Below are positions 57,904 to 63,282 of a stretch of 63,282 nt of DNA, in pieces. How positions within the stretch are numbered: the first letter of the stretch is position 1; each line of letters starts with the position of its first letter. The DNA is taken from positions 1-63,282 of the forward strand of contig JBBCKI010000066.1 in the NCBI GenBank assembly GCA_037190965.1, written 5' to 3'. The position numbers and the translations under genes are program-made. The DNA is from Chthoniobacteraceae bacterium. Its GTDB lineage: Bacteria; Verrucomicrobiota; Verrucomicrobiia; Chthoniobacterales; Chthoniobacteraceae. Under the pieces are notes generated by a model. That model ran no database searches. It saw only the letters and a list, made by a program, of their open reading frames with translations, and was not told where the DNA came from.

Positions 57904-60093
57904 TTACCCCCTCTTCGCAGGTCGTTTGCCGACGTGCTTCTTGCCCGAACTGTATTTAACCGGCTTTCGCTTGGGCTCGATCCTATCGATCCCCGTGCCG
58001 CTTTTTAGCTCGGCGATCTGATCGCGAAGCAAAGCGGCCCGTTCGTATTCGAGGTTGCTTGCCGCCTGCACCATCTCCGACTCCAACTCGCGCAGCAGTT
58101 CGCCGAGGTCGAAGTTGCCGCCGGACTCGCGAACCACCCCCTCCTCCACTTCCCGCCCCTTCAAAATGGTGTGCAAGCTCTCCTGCACCGCGCGTTGGAC
58201 GCTACGAGGGGTAATCCCGTGCTCTTCGTTATAGGCCATCTGCCGCGCGCGGCGGTACTCGGTGACGGCGAGGAGCTTGGCCATGCTCTGAGTCACGGTA
58301 TCGGCAAACAGATAGACCTCTCCGTTCACGTGCCGCGCCGCGCGCCCCGCTGTCTGAATGAGCGAAGTCTGGGAGCGGAGATACCCCTCCTTGTCGGCGT
58401 CGAGAATGCAAACCAACGACACCTCGGGCAGATCGAGCCCTTCACGTAACAGGTTGATCCCGACGAGGATATCGAACTCCGCGGCCCGTAGCGCCCGCAG
58501 GATCTCGACCCGCTCGATGGTGTCGATGTCGGAATGGAGATAGCGCACTTTCAGCCCGACCTCGCGCAGGTAATCGGTGAGGTCCTCAGCGGTCCGTTTG
58601 GTAAGAGTCGTGACCAGCACCCGCTCGTTGATCTCCACGCGCTGGCGGCAAAGCTCGATGGTGTCGTCGATCTGGTTCTTGAGCGGCTTGATGGCGATCT
58701 TGGGATCGAGCAGCCCCGTGGGCCGGATGATCTGCTCCACTACAAGGCGCGCGCGCGGCGTGCTGACATCGAAGAGCTCCGCAGGCTGGTCGGTCGGCGA
58801 AAGCCGCGCTTCGCTCGGCAGCCCGGAGGGCTCGTTCACGGTTCGCTCGCTCTTGGCGGGAACATACCCGGTGTTCCCGACAAAGCTGTTGCGGATCTCG
58901 AACTCCGCGGGCGTCGCGCTAACGTAGAGGAGCTGATTGGTCATCTCCATGAACTCCGGGAAATTGAGAGGCCGGTTGTCCATCGCGCTCGGCAGGCGGA
59001 ATCCATACTCCACCAAGACGCTCTTGCGCGAACGATCCCCCTCGTACATGCCGCCGATCTGCGGGACCGTCGCATGCGATTCGTCGATGACGCACAGGTA
59101 GTCTTTCGGGAAAAAGTCGAGGAGCGTATAGGGCCGGGAGCCGGGTGGACGCCCCGTGAGATGCCGCGAGTAGTTCTCAATGCCGCTGCAGAAACCCATC
59201 TCCTGCATCATCTCGAGGTCAAACTCCGTCCGCATCTTCAGCCGCTGCGCCTCCAGCAGTTTCCCCTGGCTTTCGAACTGGGCGATCCGCTCGTCGAGCT
59301 CCTCCCGGATGGTGCGCATCGCCCTTTGCAGCTTGTCGTAAGGGGTCACGAACTGCTTGGCCGGATAGAGCGAAAGCGTCACGTGCTGGGCAAAAACCTG
59401 CCCGGTAAGCGGATCAAAGGTGGAAAGCCGGTCGATCTCGTCGCCGAAAAACTCGATCCGGACGGCCTCTTCGTCGGCGCTGGCGGGGTAAACCTCCACG
59501 ACGTCACCGCGCACGCGGAACTTGCCGCGTGTAAAGGCGATGTCATTGCGCTCGTAAAGCATGTCGACCAGCTTGGCCAGCACCGCCTCGCGGGTGATCG
59601 GCTGCCCCACCTTCACGATCAGCAGCATGTTCAGGTAATCCTCCGGCGAGCCCAAGCCGTAGATGCACGAGACGCTGGCAATAACGATCACGTCGCGCCG
59701 CGAGAGGAGCGAGGAGGTGGTCGAAAGCCGCAGCCGCTCGATCTCCTCGTTGATGGAGGAGTCCTTCTCGATGTAGGTGTCGGTGCGCGGAATGTACGCT
59801 TCCGGCTGATAATAATCGAAGTAACTGACAAAGTACTCGACGGCGTTGTTGGGGAAGAACTGCTTGAACTCGCTGTAAAGCTGCGCGGCGAGCGTCTTGT
59901 TGTGGGCGATGACCAGCGTGGGCTTGGCCACCTCGCGGATGACATTGGAGGCGGTAAACGTCTTGCCGGAGCCGGTGACGCCCAGCAGAGTCTGGTGCCG
60001 ATTCCCCGCCTGCACGGATTTCGTCAGCTTGGCGATGGCTTGCGCCTGGTCGCCCATCGGCCGGTACTGGGAGGAAAGTTCAAACTCCATCAT
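57904..60093 (-). CDS. uvrB: Excinuclease ABC subunit B
   Basis: [54 protein letters not shown] and a C-terminal UVR motif. Confidence 0.98.
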   Translation of the reverse strand: MMEFELSSQYRPMGDQAQAIAKLTKSVQAGNRHQTLLGVTGSGKTFTASNVIREVAKPTLVIAHNKTLAAQLYSEFKQFFPNNAVEYFVSYFDYYQPEAYIPRTDTYIEKDSSINEEIERLRLSTTSSLLSRRDVIVIASVSCIYGLGSPEDYLNMLLIVKVGQPITREAVLAKLVDMLYERNDIAFTRGKFRVRGDVVEVYPASADEEAVRIEFFGDEIDRLSTFDPLTGQVFAQHVTLSLYPAKQFVTPYDKLQRAMRTIREELDERIAQFESQGKLLEAQRLKMRTEFDLEMMQEMGFCSGIENYSRHLTGRPPGSRPYTLLDFFPKDYLCVIDESHATVPQIGGMYEGDRSRKSVLVEYGFRLPSAMDNRPLNFPEFMEMTNQLLYVSATPAEFEIRNSFVGNTGYVPAKSERTVNEPSGLPSEARLSPTDQPAELFDVSTPRARLVVEQIIRPTGLLDPKIAIKPLKNQIDDTIELCRQRVEINERVLVTTLTKRTAEDLTDYLREVGLKVRYLHSDIDTIERVEILRALRAAEFDILVGINLLREGLDLPEVSLVCILDADKEGYLRSQTSLIQTAGRAARHVNGEVYLFADTVTQSMAKLLAVTEYRRARQMAYNEEHGITPRSVQRAVQESLHTILKGREVEEGVVRESGGNFDLGELLRELESEMVQAASNLEYERAALLRDQIAELKSGTGIDRIEPKRKPVKYSSGKKHVGKRPAKRG

Positions 60094-60185
60094 CGCCCAA
60101 GATAGGAGAGTTCCATGGCGGCGGCAACGCATTGACGAAAATTCCTTTGGCAAGCAGCTTCGGGATGCCGATACTCCCCTGCACC

Positions 60186-62030
60186 ATGGATTTTCTCGAC
60201 GAACTTGAATCCCGAATTCTCCCGGGCGACGGCGCAATGGGCACAATGCTGATGGAGGCCGGCGTCCCGCTGGAGCGCTGCTTTGAGGAGCTTTGCGTCT
60301 CCGCGCCGGAAAAGGTCACCCGGATTCACGAGGAATACATTGCTGCGGGAGCACGGGTGATCGAGACCAACAGCTTCGGGGCCAATTTCCCCAGGCTGGA
60401 GAAACATGGCTTCGGCAACCGGGTCAACGAGATCAATTGGGCGGCGGCGCGGCTGGCCAAGGATGCCGCACGCGGCAAGGGAGTCTACGTGGCGGGGTCG
60501 GTCGGGCCGCTCGGAATCACCGCGGAGCAGGCGCTGGAGCGTGGCATCGACCGGAAAGCCGTCTTCACGGACCAGATCGGCGCGCTGCTCGACGGCGGCG
60601 CGGACCTGATTTTCCTCGAAACCTTCCTCGACTACGACGAACTCGCGCTCGCGCTGGAGGTCAAACAGACCCTGCACCACTGCCCCGTCATCTGCTCGAT
60701 GGCCTGCCCTCCCGAAGGGCGGCTCGCCTCCGGGATGCCCATTGTGGAGGCGTTCACGAAGTTGCGCGGCCTCGGGGCCGATGTCGTGGGGGTCAACTGT
60801 GTTTTCGGCCCAAGCGGCCTGCTGCGTCTCCTGGAGCAGGTCCCCGCCGAGGGGCTGATTGCCGCCTACCCCAACGCCGGGCACCCGAAGTATCACGATG
60901 GCCGTTTCCTCTATTACATGACTCCCGGCTACTTTGCCGAAGCGGCGCGGGATTTCGCCGCCCAGGGGGCGAACCTGATCGGCGGCTGTTGCGGCACCCG
61001 CCCGGAGCACATCGCCGCGCTCGCCGCCGTCGTCAAAGACCTGCAACCGGTCGTCAGCAAACCGATCAAGCTGCCGCGCGTGGACAAGGCCGCCAGCGTC
61101 ACCGTCGTCGCCCCGCCCCCCACCGTCTCTGAAGAAAAGGAAGAGGCGAGCATCCTCGACAAGATCGCGGAAGGCAAAACCGTGATTGTCACGGAGCTCG
61201 ACCCGCCCAAAACGCTGGAGCTGGAGAAATACTTCGTCGGCGCGAAGGCATTGACGGAGGCCGGCTCCGACTCGATCACGCTGGCGGACAACTCGCTCGC
61301 GATCCTGCGCGTCAGCAATTTCGCGCTCGGCGCCATGCTCCGGCAACGCTACGGGATCACCCCGTTGATCCACCTGAGCTGCCGCGACCGCAACCTCCTG
61401 GGCCTGCAAAGCGAACTGCTCGGCATGGCGGCGATGGGGATGCGGCACGTCCTCCCGCTCACCGGCGACCCGGCGAAAGTCGGCGATCACCCGGCGGCGG
61501 CAAGCGTCTACGACGTCAACTCGATCGACCTGATGAAAATCATCGCCAGGCTCAACGAAGGGTACAATTACGCGGGGAAAAGCATCAAGGTCCCGACAAA
61601 GTTCGTCACCGGCTGCACCTTCAACCCCAATGCCCGAAACCTCGACGCGCAGGTGTCGCGGCTGGAGCGGAAAGTAGCCGCCGGGGCGAGTTACGTGATG
61701 ACGCAGCCGGTCTTCAACACCGCGCTGGTGGAGGAAACGGCACGGCGCACCCGCCACCTGAATGTGCCAGTCTTCATCGGCGTCTGGCCGCTTTTGAGCG
61801 GACGTCAGGCGGAGTTCCTGCACAACGAAGTCCCGGGCATCGTCATTCCCGACCCGATCCGCAGCGCGATGGCCGGGCTCGAGGGAGCCGAAGGGCGGCA
61901 GCGCGGCGTTGAAATCGGCAAAGAGATCTGCCGGGCGACCCTCGACTGCTTCCCCGGAGTCTACCTGATCACGCCGTTCCTGAATTACGAGACAACGGCG
62001 GAACTCGCACACTTTGCCCGCAGCCGGTAG
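60186..62030 (+). CDS. Bifunctional homocysteine S-methyltransferase / 5,10-methylenetetrahydrofolate reductase (YitJ-like)
   Basis: [18 protein letters not shown] and GGCCGT motifs, followed by ELDPPK, CRDRN, TGDP and TQPVF. Confidence 0.94.
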   Translation: MDFLDELESRILPGDGAMGTMLMEAGVPLERCFEELCVSAPEKVTRIHEEYIAAGARVIETNSFGANFPRLEKHGFGNRVNEINWAAARLAKDAARGKGVYVAGSVGPLGITAEQALERGIDRKAVFTDQIGALLDGGADLIFLETFLDYDELALALEVKQTLHHCPVICSMACPPEGRLASGMPIVEAFTKLRGLGADVVGVNCVFGPSGLLRLLEQVPAEGLIAAYPNAGHPKYHDGRFLYYMTPGYFAEAARDFAAQGANLIGGCCGTRPEHIAALAAVVKDLQPVVSKPIKLPRVDKAASVTVVAPPPTVSEEKEEASILDKIAEGKTVIVTELDPPKTLELEKYFVGAKALTEAGSDSITLADNSLAILRVSNFALGAMLRQRYGITPLIHLSCRDRNLLGLQSELLGMAAMGMRHVLPLTGDPAKVGDHPAAASVYDVNSIDLMKIIARLNEGYNYAGKSIKVPTKFVTGCTFNPNARNLDAQVSRLERKVAAGASYVMTQPVFNTALVEETARRTRHLNVPVFIGVWPLLSGRQAEFLHNEVPGIVIPDPIRSAMAGLEGAEGRQRGVEIGKEICRATLDCFPGVYLITPFLNYETTAELAHFARSR

Positions 62031-62043
62031 CCGAATACCGCCG

Positions 62044-62790
62044 ATGCCGAAGCTCTTACGGGCCAGGGTAGTCCAGATCGTGTTGCTCGCGCTCCTTGTC
62101 GGGGGGATCGTCTGGGCGTTCCGGGGTATCGAGGCGGTCGACCGGATTGTCGCGCTCGAACACCAGGTGGAAGCGATGGGCCCGTGGGGATTCGCGCTTT
62201 ACCCGTTACTCCTGGCGGGTTTCAACCTCCTCCTTCTCCCGGGAAGCATCCTCTACGCGGGGGCCGGCCTCTTTTTTGGACTCTGGTGGGGAGCTTTGGC
62301 CGTGCAGGTCGGCAACCTGATCGGAGCGGCGATCGCTTTCTTCATCAGCCGCCGGTTTGGCCGCGGCTGGCTGGAACGGAAGCTCCTCAGCAGCCCCCGG
62401 CTGCGCGCCATCGACAAAGCCGTCGACCGCGAAGGGTGGAAGATCATCTTCTTCAGCCAATTGCACCCGATCTCACCGACAAGCCTCCTGAACTACCTCT
62501 ACGGCTTCACCCGTATCCGCTTCTGGCCGTGCATGTTCTGGATTCTGGCCGGGCAAATCCCCGGCGTCTTCCTTTACGTTTATCTCGGCACGCTCACCCA
62601 ACTCGGGATTGCGGTCCTGGAAGGGGAAACCCAGCCAAAAACCTCGGATTACTGGACATGGCTCGGAGGGCTGATTGTCACAATTGCGGTTACCGTCATC
62701 CTCGGCAAAGTGGCCTTCAAAGTTCTCTCAGAAGCGCAACGCGCGGGAAGAGAAGCGTCCGACTCCAACTCCCCTCCGTCAACCCTTTGA
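62044..62790 (+). CDS. TVP38/TMEM64 (DedA/VTT) family membrane protein
   Basis: LPGS.L..GAG..FG, GA.IAF.ISR.FGR and P.SP.SLLNYLYG.T motifs. Confidence 0.9.
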   Translation: MPKLLRARVVQIVLLALLVGGIVWAFRGIEAVDRIVALEHQVEAMGPWGFALYPLLLAGFNLLLLPGSILYAGAGLFFGLWWGALAVQVGNLIGAAIAFFISRRFGRGWLERKLLSSPRLRAIDKAVDREGWKIIFFSQLHPISPTSLLNYLYGFTRIRFWPCMFWILAGQIPGVFLYVYLGTLTQLGIAVLEGETQPKTSDYWTWLGGLIVTIAVTVILGKVAFKVLSEAQRAGREASDSNSPPSTL

Positions 62791-62832
62791 CAGAAGCCCG
62801 TTCAGTGATAATTTGAGTGCAAACCGACAGGC

Positions 62833-63231
62833 ATGTCCGAATCCCCCCCTATCAGTGCCGAAGGTGCCCAGGATGCCGACGAGCCGGGAAAGGCCGACGG
62901 CGAAAGGCATCACCTCGTCCGCCCAGCCATCTTTCTGGATTATGGAGCCGACGGTGCGGCAGGCGATGACGCCTCGTGCGAAGTCTGCGCCCGGGGGATG
63001 CGCTTCCGATCGCGCTGGCAATTCGAGATCAACGCCGTGCTGAACATCGCGTTTTCCTTTCACGACGGGACCGCAACTCGCTTCGAAGCGGAAGGCATCG
63101 TCATCGAATGCTGTGCGGAGGGCAAAGGAAAGCACCTGACCACCCTCGCCTTCGTGGAAGTCCCCAAAGATCTCCGGGCCGCGCTGGGGAAAGTTTCCGC
63201 CCGACTGGTTTTTCCCGAGAAAAAGCCGTAA
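62833..63231 (+). CDS. Hypothetical protein with a PilZ-like beta-barrel
   Basis: GMRFRS..QFEI...L.I......EAEGIVIEC...H.TTLAF resembles PilZ-type strands; there is no clear RxxxR motif. Confidence 0.55.
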   Translation: MSESPPISAEGAQDADEPGKADGERHHLVRPAIFLDYGADGAAGDDASCEVCARGMRFRSRWQFEINAVLNIAFSFHDGTATRFEAEGIVIECCAEGKGKHLTTLAFVEVPKDLRAALGKVSARLVFPEKKP

Positions 63232-63254
63232 AGCGCCGAGGCAAGCCATCTCCC

Positions 63255-63282
63255 GGTAGCCCGCTCTCGCCGAGAGCGCGGG
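63255..63282. repeat. GTAG-type REP family A, left arm truncated by the window edge
   Basis: GGTAGCCCGCTCTCGCCGAGAGCGCGGG is the reverse complement of the family A right arm. Confidence 0.8.

Noticed and set aside
60090..62012. 640-aa minus-strand ORF, and similar long antisense ORFs at 58534-60105, 43953-45326, 16194-17585 and 13273-14475
   Set aside because: Each lies opposite a well-supported gene and has shadow-ORF composition.
1..63282. tRNA, rRNA or riboswitch genes
   Set aside because: None recognised by eye in the intergenic regions; an Infernal/tRNAscan run would be needed to exclude them.

Overview
A high-GC bacterial chromosome segment. The gene set (rnhC, DUF1844-kdsA-lptCAB-hpf-hprK-ptsH-ptsI, ACIII with a caa3 oxidase, A-rich leaders) suggests Verrucomicrobiota, which is my inference. 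Most genes are housekeeping: dprA-topB, serA, dinB, mutY/rnhC, bioF, the PTS/LPS-transport operon, actABCDEF-SCO-cox, a porin-sbp-cysTW-cysK-cysA sulfate operon, mutS, uvrB and a homocysteine methyltransferase/MTHFR fusion. The standout is an intact four-gene phage-head module at 16107-20329, wedged between bioF and ptsI. It encodes a scaffold-like protein, a DUF4043/N4-gp56-like major capsid protein, a small protein and a head-tail adaptor-like protein. No portal, terminase, tail, integrase or replication gene accompanies it, and it shows signs of long residence, so it is a candidate domesticated capsid system (split gene transfer agent, nanocompartment or capsid decoy). Other points: a stand-alone AvcD-like anti-phage dCTP deaminase with an inverted-repeat element upstream, a cytochrome oxidase subunit I whose CuB histidine is replaced by proline, an ActC-ActD fusion, a repeat read in frame into actE, a degenerate dehydroquinate-synthase-like protein, the right end of an IS481-family element, and several families of short palindromic repeats/MITEs. 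All family calls come from motif recognition by eye; no searches were run.
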